A stretch of 64,000 nucleotides of DNA from Deltaproteobacteria bacterium CG_4_9_14_3_um_filter_63_12 (GCA_002789955.1 PFUG01000420.1:11569-75568), one strand, 5' to 3'; counted from the first letter of the stretch, positions 9,080-18,805 are shown. Made by a program: numbers and translations. The notes: a model not told the origin generated them from the sequence alone.

Positions 9080-11182
9080 TTGCGGACGGCAGTAGCACAA
9101 CCTGGGTTGGCAACGGTCTTGAGAGTCCCTATCCAAAGCGCTCCGCGCCACGGGCGTCAGCTTCCGCCATCGTTGTGGGTGTTGCTGCTCATCGGTTTGG
9201 TTTGGCAGGCACACGCTACAGCTCAGGAGGGTGCAGATGCGCCGCCGCTGTCCGAGCTGCTCTGGCTCGACCACTCAGCCTCCCTGCTCGGCACTGGGGT
9301 CAACGCCGTGGTCGTGGCCCCGGATGATCCCTTGCGACTCTACGCGGCCGGTCGTGGGTATGTCGCCGGAAGTAAAGACGGCGGCGCCACCTGGGGACCG
9401 CTGCTGTTGCTCGCCGGAAACGAGTTTCAGGACGAAGACCAGACCCTCATCGAGGTCCATGAAGACGACCTACAGACCTTTGAGGACACTGACGCGGAGG
9501 CCCAGTTCGAGTCGTTGAGGGAAGAGTATTTCGACGAATTCACACAGCGATACGGCGAGACTCTCGCCACTGAGCTCATGCTCGACATCGAGGACGACCT
9601 CAGAGATGAAGCGTACGCCGACTTGATTGACCTAGCCTCCGAGGCGGGCAACGAGCGCGACTATTTGGACCGGCTCAATCGCTTGCTGACCGCCGGGTTT
9701 TCCGAAGAGGAGGCGACCCGCTTGGCCTCGGATCCGCTGGCCGTCTGGTCGTTGGTGATCGAGGTCGACGCCCCCAAGATCGTGTACGCTGCGACTGGTC
9801 GCGGGCTCTATCGCTCGATCGACCGAGGGACGAGGTGGGAACGTCTGATCTCCGGGCTCGGACCAGATGGCGATGGGGTCTTGTCCGTGCGCGCCGCCGA
9901 CCAAGGCAAAACCATCCTCGCCGGCACAACCCGTGGGCTCCTCGTCAGCACCGACGCGGGACGCACCTGGAGCCGTTCTCTGGGAGCTGTCTCGAGCGAG
10001 CCCATTCGGGAGGTCATTCGAGTCGACGCCCGTGGCCGCTTCTTCGCCATGGGCTCACGCGGGATATTCAGGACCGACGACACGGGGACGACCTGGACAA
10101 CGCTGGTCCCGACGGGCTTCGATGTGGCGGATGCCACAGCAATGCTGTCGCCAGCGGGCTGGGGTGACTCACTCTTTGTCACGACCCCCAAAGGCGTCCA
10201 CCGCAGCGATGATGGCGGAGGGACTTGGGCAAAGCTCAGCGGGTCTGGGCTGGCCTCTTCGGGATTGCTGCAGGTGCTGCCAGTCGATGGCGTGGACAAG
10301 CTCATCGCCATCACCGAAGGCGACGTCTACGCCAGCACGGACGGTGGCGACAACTGGTTCACCGCGAGCGCCGGCTTAGTGGGCCAGGACCTGCGCTGGA
10401 TCGCCGTTGGCCCGACCGGCGAGCTGTGGCTCGGCTCTTCTTCCGGCCTGCTCAAGGGTCTTGCGGGTGAGGCTGCGGCGATTCAAGCAGAGAGTATCCG
10501 TCGCCTGAGAGAGATCTGGGCCGAAGAGCCCAGCATCGCACAGGTTGTTGGAGCCGGGTTGATCTATCACGGGCTCGAGGACACCCCTGTGGACGGTTGG
10601 CACGAGGCATTGTTCTTCTCGAAATTTGCCCCACAAGGCTGGGTCACGTTGGACTATCGACAACGACGCTACGACAACGAATACGTCACCTGGGTTTTTC
10701 CGAATCGGGACTCTGACCGGACCCTGGACACGATCTCGCGTCAACAGCGGCGAACGAACTACCAGAATCCGCAGACCAACGACGAGTTGCTGGGCCCACC
10801 CTCCAATCTGGAGTGGCAAGTGTTCGCGACCTGGGATCTCGGCCGAATGCTTTACGATCCGGCGTCGACCACCATCGAGAATGTCGGAGCCCAGCTCCGC
10901 AAGACCCGTCAAAAACTGGTCGGACGCATCGTTCGCCTGCTCATCAAGCGACGGGCACTGCAGCTGCGCGTCGTTTCGACGGGCGAGCTGGCCGTCGAAC
11001 GACACATCGAGTTTCAACTCGAGCTCGAGGAGATGACCGCTCTGTTGGATGGCCTCACGGGGGGCTATTACTCGAAGGCGGCGTCGAGCTACCGTGCCGA
11101 GGATCTACTTTTTAACGACGACGTGGAAGAGACCGCCAGGGAGAGCCTGGCGAGCATCGACACCGAAGGAGAGAACGAATGA
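9080..11182 (+). CDS. Secreted BNR/Asp-box repeat protein (Ycf48-like beta-propeller) with an acidic helical C-terminal region
   Basis: Signal-like N-terminus (LWVLLLIGLVWQAHATAQEG). Repeated S-x-D-x-G-x-T-W motifs (SKDGGATWGPL, SIDRGTRWERL, STDAGRTWSRS, TDDTGTTWTTL, SDDGGGTWAKL, STDGGDNWFTA). The start codon is uncertain (TTG at 9080). Confidence 0.5.
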   Translation: MRTAVAQPGLATVLRVPIQSAPRHGRQLPPSLWVLLLIGLVWQAHATAQEGADAPPLSELLWLDHSASLLGTGVNAVVVAPDDPLRLYAAGRGYVAGSKDGGATWGPLLLLAGNEFQDEDQTLIEVHEDDLQTFEDTDAEAQFESLREEYFDEFTQRYGETLATELMLDIEDDLRDEAYADLIDLASEAGNERDYLDRLNRLLTAGFSEEEATRLASDPLAVWSLVIEVDAPKIVYAATGRGLYRSIDRGTRWERLISGLGPDGDGVLSVRAADQGKTILAGTTRGLLVSTDAGRTWSRSLGAVSSEPIREVIRVDARGRFFAMGSRGIFRTDDTGTTWTTLVPTGFDVADATAMLSPAGWGDSLFVTTPKGVHRSDDGGGTWAKLSGSGLASSGLLQVLPVDGVDKLIAITEGDVYASTDGGDNWFTASAGLVGQDLRWIAVGPTGELWLGSSSGLLKGLAGEAAAIQAESIRRLREIWAEEPSIAQVVGAGLIYHGLEDTPVDGWHEALFFSKFAPQGWVTLDYRQRRYDNEYVTWVFPNRDSDRTLDTISRQQRRTNYQNPQTNDELLGPPSNLEWQVFATWDLGRMLYDPASTTIENVGAQLRKTRQKLVGRIVRLLIKRRALQLRVVSTGELAVERHIEFQLELEEMTALLDGLTGGYYSKAASSYRAEDLLFNDDVEETARESLASIDTEGENE

Positions 11183-11832
11183 GAAACCAACGAGGACGTT
11201 GGGTCTGGATGGCAATGGCCGCCCTTGCGCTCCTGTTCCCGAGTGTTGCGTTTGCCCAGAGCGCGGATCAGATCCTGGCGAGCTTCGATGACGAACCGAC
11301 CGTTCTCGAAGTTCAGGCTGCGGCATTGACGTATTCGGGGCTTGATCCGGATCGCGTCGAGGGCTGGAACACCCGAGCGAACCTCGCCAATCTCCTTCCG
11401 GAGCGCGCCTCGTATACGATCCGCTACCAGGACCAAGATCGGACCATGGAGCAGCTCACGGATGACTACAACGAGGCCGGCACCACGCTGGGAGCGCAGG
11501 ATCGTCGGGAGCTGCGTACGCAGACCGAGACCCGCCACGAAGGCCGCGTGGAGTGGGACTTCTCGAAGCTGATCTTCAACCCCGAGGTGCTCCGTGTCGC
11601 CCGTGAAGTCGGCAGCCAAACCAAGCTGCGTGAGGACGTGCTGACGACCGTCACGAAGATCTTTTACGAGCGTCGTCGCGCTCAGATCGACATCATCATG
11701 AATCCGCCGTCGGACGCGGCGGACAAGCTGCGCAAAGAACTGCGGGTCCAGGAGCTGACCGCCGACATCGACGCGATGACGGGATCGTGGTTCAGCAGCG
11801 AGCTGAAGGCTGCTGGAAAGAACCCGTACTGA
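11179..11832 (+). CDS. Secreted hypothetical protein
   Basis: Overlaps the upstream stop by 4 nt (ATGA). Signal peptide MRNQRGRWVWMAMAALALLFPSVAFAQ. A charged helical body with no recognisable domain. Confidence 0.4.
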   Translation: MRNQRGRWVWMAMAALALLFPSVAFAQSADQILASFDDEPTVLEVQAAALTYSGLDPDRVEGWNTRANLANLLPERASYTIRYQDQDRTMEQLTDDYNEAGTTLGAQDRRELRTQTETRHEGRVEWDFSKLIFNPEVLRVAREVGSQTKLREDVLTTVTKIFYERRRAQIDIIMNPPSDAADKLRKELRVQELTADIDAMTGSWFSSELKAAGKNPY

Positions 11833-11845
11833 TTTTCGTATGCAG

Positions 11846-11894
11846 AAAAAAGAAAGCGCCAACCCCTCGTAAGTGGTTGGCGCTTTCTTTTTCT
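11846..11894 (+). terminator. Rho-independent terminator
   Basis: AAAGAAAGCGCCAACC-cctcgtaagt-GGTTGGCGCTTTCTTT followed by ttc. A 16-bp stem, 14 nt after the stop at 11832. Confidence 0.75.
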
Positions 11895-12036
11895 TGGTGA
11901 CGGCAACTCCCTTGGGCCTAGAAGAAGAGGCTTCTAAGACCAAGGGAGCCGTCGCTCCCCCGGTGGGTCCCTCCCTGAGGAGTTGACTCTTACATGTGCA
12001 ACGAGCGAGCCAAACGCCAGACCGCTTGTGAACACC

Positions 12037-12060
12037 GGCATTGCTAATCATAGCAACGCC
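12037..12060. promoter_or_regulatory. Inverted repeat, candidate operator upstream of the sigma-54 activator gene
   Basis: ggcaTTGCTAatcaTAGCAAcgcc. Half-sites TTGCTA / TAGCAA form a perfect inverted repeat with a 4-bp spacer. It is the only strong palindrome in the 350-bp leader of the 12185 gene, about 130 bp upstream of its start. Confidence 0.3.
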
Positions 12061-12184
12061 TTGCCGCTCTGGGCTGGAAAAGGCAGCGAGTCGCAGCTAA
12101 GCCTGTTGCGGCGAGTCGACTATCGTGATACGCCAAGCACATATCCGAACAGGAGACCCCACACTTCGGTGAACTTTAGACGCC

Positions 12185-14344
12185 ATGCCCACTGAACAGA
12201 AAGACGCCGAGCTTGTCTCTCACCTGCGACACGACCTGATCAAGCATTTGGACATCCCCAAAGCACACTCGCGCATGACACGATCGGGGTGGGATGTCCT
12301 GCTGCGTAGGCTGTACGCGGGAGAGACCGGCGTCGTTGCATTGGGAGCCCAATGGACAAGGCGCCTAGAGGACGCCTGGGGCGGGCGGCCTCTGCTCGAC
12401 GCGGCGGTCAAGGACCTCAGCCACGCGGTCGCTCAGCTCAACGCCATTCGCGAAGACAACGAGCGGCGAGCGCGCGAAGTGAGCCCGGCAGGTGCCGAGC
12501 TCGTCGAGATGCTCAACTTGTTGGTCGCCACGGTACGCTCCATCGAGACGGTGACTGAGGGCGTGGAGGAGGTCGACGCGCTGGATTGGCTCCTTGGAGA
12601 CAACCTACCTGCCCCTGAAGCACACGAGTTCGCTGCCGTCACAGAGTCGCCTCTGCGCCCCGAGGGGGGGCGCTACCGAGTCCTTGTGGTCGATGACCGC
12701 CTCCAGTCCATAGAGCGCTTCCACTCATTGGAGCATCTGAGGGATCGCTTCGAGTGGGTGACCCTGTGCGAGCTCGACGGCCCTTGTTGGACCTGCGAGC
12801 ACCAATCCGAATGCCCCATGAAGAGGGCAAGAACTTTCCGCGAATTCGAGGGCGCGCTGCGCAGGGCACAGTCCAGAGGGACGCCCATCGACGTCATTCT
12901 GATGGACGTGCGCTTCGATGACATCGCTGCTGGCGAGCTGCTGCCTACGCCGCCAGGCTTCGAGCCCGACACGGAGAGCACGGCGCGCGGTCTGCAAGGA
13001 CCGTTGATGGTCCGTGAACTCAACGAGCGAAATGACCTGCCACAACCGCCTGTGGTGCTGATGACCGGCCGCGACACGCTGCCGCCAGGCGCCGAGAGGC
13101 TGCTCGAAGGCCTCGACGGTCTCCACTTCGTCGACGATGAGGCGAGCATCGAGGCGCTCACTGCGCGCCTCGACATCGTCGCCCGCCGGGGCAGCCGCCC
13201 AATCAGCGAAGGCGCTTTCTTCTGGGGGCGTAGCCCGGTGATGCTCTCGGTTCGTGAGCAGATTGAACTCTTGGCCATGGGACCCCGTCCGGTCCTGCTG
13301 ACTGGACCTTCAGGCTCTGGAAAGAGCTTCTTGGTCGAAGAGGTCTTGCTCCCCGTGAGCAAGCGAACGCACCTCGTCACTATGGACCTCAGCGCCATGC
13401 CGGAGACGCTCGTCGAGAGCGAGCTCTTTGGCCATGTGCGCGGCGCGTTCTCAGGGGCTGTAGCTGAACGCAAGGGACTCGCCGAGGAGGCCGACGGCGG
13501 CATCCTGTTCATCGACGAAATCGGGCACTTGTCCGCCGAGAATCAGCGCAAACTCCTGCTCTTCCTCCAAGACAAGCAGGTGCGACGAGTGGGCGCGAGC
13601 CATCACACGCGCCATGCAGTCGACGTCAAAGTGGTCGTAGCGACGCACCTCGATCTCCAGGAGGAGGTTGAGGCTGGGAGGTTCCGCTTCGATTTGTTCA
13701 TGCGGCTGCGACCGGCGACACAGGTGCGCCTCCCATCGCTGGCTGAGCGGCCGGAGGACCTCGACGGCATGATGTCCCATATCGTGCGTCGTCTCGTCGA
13801 CGGTCCTGAGCTGCGTCCGTATGTGCTCGACGTCTCGAGAGCCCGCCGCATGGAGCCCAAGGTCGAGCTCATTATCGGCAGCCAACGCTCCACCTCGAAA
13901 GGCCTCTCGGTCAGGCTCCCCACCGCGACCGCGGTGGCCTTGAAAAACCACTCGTGGCCAGGCAATACCCGCGAGCTCGAGAGTGTGCTGGACACGTTGC
14001 TGTTGAGGGCGTTCGCGGACTCGCGCCGAGTCGAGGCCCGCAGTCACATCATCGAAGTGGATCACTACTTGACCTTGAAGCTGCTGGGGGTCGGGCGTCA
14101 CAAGAGCACGGCGGGACAACCCATGCTCAACCTGGCGGTCGAACCCTCTGGAGATCTCAAGCGCATGCGCAATCGCCTCGAGCGGGCCTACCTAATCGAG
14201 GCCTTCCGAGCCGCCGATGGGGACATGGAGAGAATGACGGAGATGGTGTTGGGTTCACCGACCGTCGATGACCGACACCGGCTAACGGTCCGTATGAATC
14301 AACTCGGCCTAAAGGTCACTGAGCTGAAGCACACCACGCCTTGA
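12185..14344 (+). CDS. Sigma-54-dependent transcriptional activator (bEBP) with a long atypical N-terminal region and a degenerate receiver domain
   Basis: AAA+ sigma-54 interaction domain: Walker A LLTGPSGSGKSF, ESELFGH, GAFSGA (variant of GAFTGA), Walker B GGILFIDEIGHL, and SWPGNTRELESVL. Upstream of it sits a receiver-like block YRVLVVDD...IDVILMDVRFDD...VVLMTGRD with a roughly 60-aa insertion. No canonical C-terminal Fis-type HTH was recognised. Confidence 0.75.
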   Translation: MPTEQKDAELVSHLRHDLIKHLDIPKAHSRMTRSGWDVLLRRLYAGETGVVALGAQWTRRLEDAWGGRPLLDAAVKDLSHAVAQLNAIREDNERRAREVSPAGAELVEMLNLLVATVRSIETVTEGVEEVDALDWLLGDNLPAPEAHEFAAVTESPLRPEGGRYRVLVVDDRLQSIERFHSLEHLRDRFEWVTLCELDGPCWTCEHQSECPMKRARTFREFEGALRRAQSRGTPIDVILMDVRFDDIAAGELLPTPPGFEPDTESTARGLQGPLMVRELNERNDLPQPPVVLMTGRDTLPPGAERLLEGLDGLHFVDDEASIEALTARLDIVARRGSRPISEGAFFWGRSPVMLSVREQIELLAMGPRPVLLTGPSGSGKSFLVEEVLLPVSKRTHLVTMDLSAMPETLVESELFGHVRGAFSGAVAERKGLAEEADGGILFIDEIGHLSAENQRKLLLFLQDKQVRRVGASHHTRHAVDVKVVVATHLDLQEEVEAGRFRFDLFMRLRPATQVRLPSLAERPEDLDGMMSHIVRRLVDGPELRPYVLDVSRARRMEPKVELIIGSQRSTSKGLSVRLPTATAVALKNHSWPGNTRELESVLDTLLLRAFADSRRVEARSHIIEVDHYLTLKLLGVGRHKSTAGQPMLNLAVEPSGDLKRMRNRLERAYLIEAFRAADGDMERMTEMVLGSPTVDDRHRLTVRMNQLGLKVTELKHTTP

Positions 14345-15720
14345 CGATGAACGAGATTGTCACTCCTCCATACCTCGCCGACAGGTATCGATTCGAACGA
14401 AAGCTCGGCGCTGGCGGCCAAGGCACGACCTACTTGGCAGAGCGCCTAAAGGACGGGGTAAAGGTCGCGGTCAAAACGTTGCATGTGGCGGCGCTCGAGA
14501 ACTGGAAAGCACTGGAGCTCTTCGAGCGAGAAGCCAAGCTGCTCTCCGCCGTATCTCTGGCAGGTGTCCCCAAAGTCTTCGAGTACGGCTCCGAGGACGA
14601 TGCGGGGAGCCCCCGCTTCTATCTGGTTCAGGAGTACCTCGAGGGCGAGAGTGCGGGGGAGCTGCTCGCACGTGGGTATCGCTTCACCGAGGGTGAAGCC
14701 ATCAACTTGGCTTGGCAGGTCCTGGGCATCTTGAGTGAGCTGCACGCCCTTTCGCCACCCGTCATCCATCGCGACGTGAAGCCCTCGAACATCATCGTCA
14801 AACCCGACCACGTCTGCGCTCTGGTCGACTTTGGCTCGATCACCGGAGTGTTGAAGCAGTCGGGCGGCTCAACGGTCTCGGGGACCTTTGGATACATGGC
14901 ACCCGAACAGCTCTCAGGCCGAGCGACCGCGGCCAGCGACGTCTATTCCGTCGGCGCAACGATGGCGCATTTGCTCTCTGGCATCCCGCCGACGGAGATG
15001 GAGAGCCACCTGTTCCGCCTCGAATTCGCTCCCCACTGCAACATCAGTGGGACCCTCGAGCGCCTCTTGGAGCGGATGTTGGATCCGGAGGAAGAACACC
15101 GGTTCGCCTCGGCGCGAGACGCGCAGTTGGCGCTCGCCGCGCTGGAGAACGACATCTCGCGTGCGAGCGAGGTCCTCGCGCCAGCGAAAGACCTCAAAGA
15201 GCTCACGGTCGTCGGGCAGTCTGGCTCGCTGACGATTTTTCACGCGTTGGGCCGGGCGCCTAGAAAAGTGCCGAAAGAGTATGCGAGGCTGTTGACGCGC
15301 CGGCTCTTGCTCTATGGGCTCGGTGGGGGGCTCGCCGCCTTCGTTGCCTTGGTTGGCATGAGCCTGTTCATCTCCTTGGGCCTGGGTCCGGTCGAGTTGG
15401 TCTCGATCGTGGCGCTGCCATTTATCCTTAGCTATGGGCTGATGCGCAGCCGACGGCGACTGAAACGGGTCATTGGAGGCGGAAGGAAAGCGCTTGGTCA
15501 CGTCAGTGAGGTCCGCCAGACCCACGAGGGGCCCCGCCTCGCCTACGAATTCAAGGTTGCGGGTAAGACCATCACCGGCAGTGTGAGGCTCGGAGAGGCC
15601 GATGTTTGTTTGGCCCATGGGGACGAGCTCGGGGTCCTCTACGATGAGGAGAAGCCCGAAGACAATCTGCCCTATCCCCTTCCCCCCTTAGCTTTGGTCA
15701 AAGCCCTCGAGGAGGAGTGA
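14341..15720 (+). CDS. Hanks-type Ser/Thr protein kinase with C-terminal transmembrane segments
   Basis: GAGGQGTTYLAE (Gly loop), VAVK, HRDVKPSNII (catalytic loop), DFGS, GTFGYMAPEQ (activation segment), then two hydrophobic helices and a short C-terminal domain. The TTG start overlaps the bEBP stop (TTGA). Confidence 0.8.
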   Translation: MTMNEIVTPPYLADRYRFERKLGAGGQGTTYLAERLKDGVKVAVKTLHVAALENWKALELFEREAKLLSAVSLAGVPKVFEYGSEDDAGSPRFYLVQEYLEGESAGELLARGYRFTEGEAINLAWQVLGILSELHALSPPVIHRDVKPSNIIVKPDHVCALVDFGSITGVLKQSGGSTVSGTFGYMAPEQLSGRATAASDVYSVGATMAHLLSGIPPTEMESHLFRLEFAPHCNISGTLERLLERMLDPEEEHRFASARDAQLALAALENDISRASEVLAPAKDLKELTVVGQSGSLTIFHALGRAPRKVPKEYARLLTRRLLLYGLGGGLAAFVALVGMSLFISLGLGPVELVSIVALPFILSYGLMRSRRRLKRVIGGGRKALGHVSEVRQTHEGPRLAYEFKVAGKTITGSVRLGEADVCLAHGDELGVLYDEEKPEDNLPYPLPPLALVKALEEE

Positions 15721-15730
15721 GACCGTGCCT

Positions 15731-17359
15731 TCACTCGAGTGAAAGGTAGACCCACACAGCGCCTTCCCGTTCTTCCATCTCAACGATCGGGGTGGAGAAG
15801 CCGAACGGCACCGGAACCGCAAGGTGAATCAGGCGCTGAACGACCGCGGTGACAAGGTCTTCGACCAGCGTGTCGCCTTGAATCGCCGTGCCGACCTTCT
15901 CGAGCACCCCGTAATTGGCGCTCTCCACGTCCACATTGGCTTTGGCCACCTCGAAGCTCAGGAGACCGTCTCGAACGGAGGGCAGTGTGCCGATGTCGAG
16001 GCCCGAGACGATATCCGCGACCTCGATGAGGAGTCCTTCACTGTCGCCATAGAGCTCGAGTCGCACCCGAGGTAGGCCCCACCGGAGCTCGCCGGCCTCG
16101 ATAGACTGCAGCGAGAGGGCGCTCAAGGGCTGCAGCCGCAGGCGCCCCTCAGAAGCGAAGGAGAACTGGTCCATCAGGCCTAACCGAGGGGCGAGCGCGT
16201 TGAGGGTCGTGAGGCGGGTCTGGGCGCCGATGGGCAGATCGACGCAGAAGTAGCCAGAGGCCGTCGCCGTTTCCAACATCTGGTTGAAAAACCCTCGGTC
16301 GATTTGGATGAGCACGTCATAAGGCTCACCCATGGCGGTGAGCCTGGGAGCATCCGTTGCGCTCAGCGGCGTTGGAATCGCTGTGAAGAGCCCGTCGACG
16401 CTCGCCATACAATCGGCCGTTGGTCCTTTGACGGCGACGTCGAGAGCGAGCTTCAGCCCACTCTCGGCTCCAATCTCGAAGCCGCTTCCAGTCCAAGGGG
16501 GAAGCTCTGCAACTTGAGTCGCGAGCTGAACGGTTTGCGGCTCGAAGAATCCCTTTTGCAGGGGTAAGAGCAGGAAGCCGCCCTGTGGCAGTGCGAGTTC
16601 GTTGACGATCAAGGCCTGGAGCGCAGGGACGAACGTCTCTCGAGCCTGCTTGTCGAGGGCGTTCTCAAGGCGGGCATCCACGAACGCCCAGTCCACGCCA
16701 TCGAGATCGAAGGTGCAGGTCTCCCCTGCAGGCATGCCGTATGTGGTCGGGCTCTCCGGTGAGAACGTGCGCAGCTCGGTAGCCCAAGAGGGCAAAGTCC
16801 CGCTCATCGGAACCATGTCGAACTTCAGCTCGCGGGAAGCCAGCCCCAGGTCGACGCGGCAGATGTGGAAGTTTCCTTGTTGCGAAATGCGGACGACGGT
16901 ACGGACCGATTGTGCGCTGTATCGAATAGACACGTCGAGTGTCCCGTCCTCGGGCAAGAGCGCCAATGATTCTAGGGGGAAAGCGACATCAAGCGGACCA
17001 ATGACCAGTGTGGTGCCGTCTTCCAGGAGCTCCTCGATTGCGCCGCCTTCCCAAACCAGTCCGAAGCGCGCTCGGGATTGCGCAGGGAGTGCCATCGAGA
17101 TGGTTTCGAAGTACGAGGGCATGAGGTGGAAAGCCACCACGGACCCCGCTTCCCCCTCGAGACGAGCTCCGCTCGTAATTGGCCGGATTTCCGCGCGCTC
17201 ACACCCAGCCACGAACAGCCCCAGCGCCAAGACCAGCGCGGTGCACGAAAAGACCCCGCGGCACGCCGTCGGCCTGCTTCGAGCCAGCCCGGTGCGAAGC
17301 AGCGTGCGAGAGCCGCTCGAGTTGGACGTGTGGGTCGGGGTTGGGAAGGTGCTCTTCAT
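15731..17359 (-). CDS. Hypothetical lipoprotein
   Basis: N-terminal ...ALVLALGLFVAGC lipobox. No recognisable domain. Convergent with the kinase gene, 10 nt apart. Confidence 0.4.
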   Translation of the reverse strand: MKSTFPTPTHTSNSSGSRTLLRTGLARSRPTACRGVFSCTALVLALGLFVAGCERAEIRPITSGARLEGEAGSVVAFHLMPSYFETISMALPAQSRARFGLVWEGGAIEELLEDGTTLVIGPLDVAFPLESLALLPEDGTLDVSIRYSAQSVRTVVRISQQGNFHICRVDLGLASRELKFDMVPMSGTLPSWATELRTFSPESPTTYGMPAGETCTFDLDGVDWAFVDARLENALDKQARETFVPALQALIVNELALPQGGFLLLPLQKGFFEPQTVQLATQVAELPPWTGSGFEIGAESGLKLALDVAVKGPTADCMASVDGLFTAIPTPLSATDAPRLTAMGEPYDVLIQIDRGFFNQMLETATASGYFCVDLPIGAQTRLTTLNALAPRLGLMDQFSFASEGRLRLQPLSALSLQSIEAGELRWGLPRVRLELYGDSEGLLIEVADIVSGLDIGTLPSVRDGLLSFEVAKANVDVESANYGVLEKVGTAIQGDTLVEDLVTAVVQRLIHLAVPVPFGFSTPIVEMEEREGAVWVYLSLE

Positions 17360-17399
17360 ACTCTATGGGGCCCAAGATCGTCGGCGTCTTTTTGGGGGG

Positions 17400-18650
17400 T
17401 CAATTCCGGCTGATGTGATCCAGTCGAACCAAGGTGTGCTCGCCGCCGATCTCCTGGGTGACGACGTGTCTCGTCCCATCGGACCCGATCGCCAAGGCGG
17501 TTGCAATGACCCCAGGTTCGATGTCCAAGCTGCTGGTCTTCCAACCCGTTGGCGATCGGGTGGAGAGCAGAAGCCCCAATGTGGCGCCGTTGATGTGGCT
17601 GATCACGGCGCTGCCATCGGTGTCGAAAGCGATCGACGGGAACTGCCCAACGATGATCTTGCGCTCCCCCGTCTCGTCCCTTCGTCGCCCGTCGTCGATG
17701 AGCTCGATGAGGGGCACTCCATCGAGGCTGCGTGCGATCTTGAGTGTCCCCTCGCCACCGTCGAAGAAGGCCACGACAGGATCCCCTTTCGCATCTATGG
17801 CAATGTCGTTGTAGTGACCCACACGGGTGCCGGGGTTCTGGCTGGGAAGCGGGTCGCTGGCGCCGTCGATGACCCTGAGCACCCAGGAGCCTCCGCTCTT
17901 TCGAGCGAGTCGCAGCGTGCCGCAGTCGGCATCGTAGTAAGAGACGACGGGGGTTGCTCCCGAGACGACGAGGTGACTTTGGTAGCCAACCCCACGATTG
18001 ACGCGGCTCCTCTGTTCCTCGGGACAGGCCTCTTCCACGGGGATCTGGGAGGGTGGGTCGGCGCCTGTGTCTACGAAATCGAACCGCCAGATCTCTTGGC
18101 TGCGCAGCGCATAGCGCAAGACTTGATACGTTCGGTCTCGATAGGAGACGTGGGGTACGTCCTCCGAGTCGATGGTGAGGTCGAGGTCAACCCCAACATC
18201 TGCGGTGTCGTCGATGACCTCGGTTCGCCACTGCCCGCCTTCGTCCATGTAGGCGAACATCAGCCGAGCCAGTGACGAGTCACGGTAGGCGATGGCGGGC
18301 CGGCCATCGCTGTAGAGGTCGATGGCCGAGTAGAGTCCGACGTCGCGGTTCGAGTCGACGGTTTGGTAGTTCAGACGCCCATCCACGCGGTCCCAAACTC
18401 CGAGCACCAGGTCGCGGCCCTCGGTGTCGTAGGCCGAGACGTAGACCACGCCGTCCGCGTTCGTGACGATCGCGGGCCTCGATGAGATTGAGCGCGCCTT
18501 CACTCGGTTGGGCGCGCGGCATTGCTCCGAGGCGTCGTCGCAGCTCATTCCCCAAGGGCAGGGATCTTCCTTGCAGGTGCTCTGCGACGGATCGTTGGGG
18601 CAGCCCGTGAGGGTGGCTGCGCAGAGCGTGATGACGGCGACGAAAGCCAT
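17400..18650 (-). CDS. Lipoprotein with about 50-aa beta-propeller-like repeats (paralog of the C-terminal part of the 18806 gene)
   Basis: Internal ATG gives MAFVAVITLCAATLTGC (lipobox), then a small Cys-rich module (CKEDPCPWGMSCDDASEQC). Repeated units follow of the form hh.hAhD..G.PhhSYxD....xLxhA (VGLYSAIDLYSDGRPAIAYRDSSLARLMFAY; HYNDIAIDAKGDPVVAFFDGGEGTLKIAR). Confidence 0.45.
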   Translation of the reverse strand: MAFVAVITLCAATLTGCPNDPSQSTCKEDPCPWGMSCDDASEQCRAPNRVKARSISSRPAIVTNADGVVYVSAYDTEGRDLVLGVWDRVDGRLNYQTVDSNRDVGLYSAIDLYSDGRPAIAYRDSSLARLMFAYMDEGGQWRTEVIDDTADVGVDLDLTIDSEDVPHVSYRDRTYQVLRYALRSQEIWRFDFVDTGADPPSQIPVEEACPEEQRSRVNRGVGYQSHLVVSGATPVVSYYDADCGTLRLARKSGGSWVLRVIDGASDPLPSQNPGTRVGHYNDIAIDAKGDPVVAFFDGGEGTLKIARSLDGVPLIELIDDGRRRDETGERKIIVGQFPSIAFDTDGSAVISHINGATLGLLLSTRSPTGWKTSSLDIEPGVIATALAIGSDGTRHVVTQEIGGEHTLVRLDHISRN

Positions 18651-18805
18651 GAGGTGGAGCGCGCGACGCCCAAATTGGCACGTGCTCTGCCCTGTCCCGA
18701 GCTCTCGCCGAATAGCAGAGAGTCGCTTCGGGCCAGAGGGTTGCGCGCGCGAGACGCGCAACAGCTCTGGACGATGGCTGAGCCGGGCAGTGTGCATTGA
18801 GGCAA

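Noticed and set aside
10596-10613. TGGCACGAGGCATTGTTC, a sigma-54 -24/-12-like sequence
   Set aside because: It lies inside the BNR protein coding region, and the -12 element is ATTG rather than TTGC.
12673-13512. Minus-strand ORFs inside the bEBP gene (also 13451-14119 and 14914-15618 inside the kinase gene)
   Set aside because: They are antisense to genes with strong motif support, and have no RBS or motifs.
16602-18275. 557-aa plus-strand ORF
   Set aside because: It is antisense to two lipoprotein genes with recognisable lipoboxes and repeats, and its composition is low-complexity.
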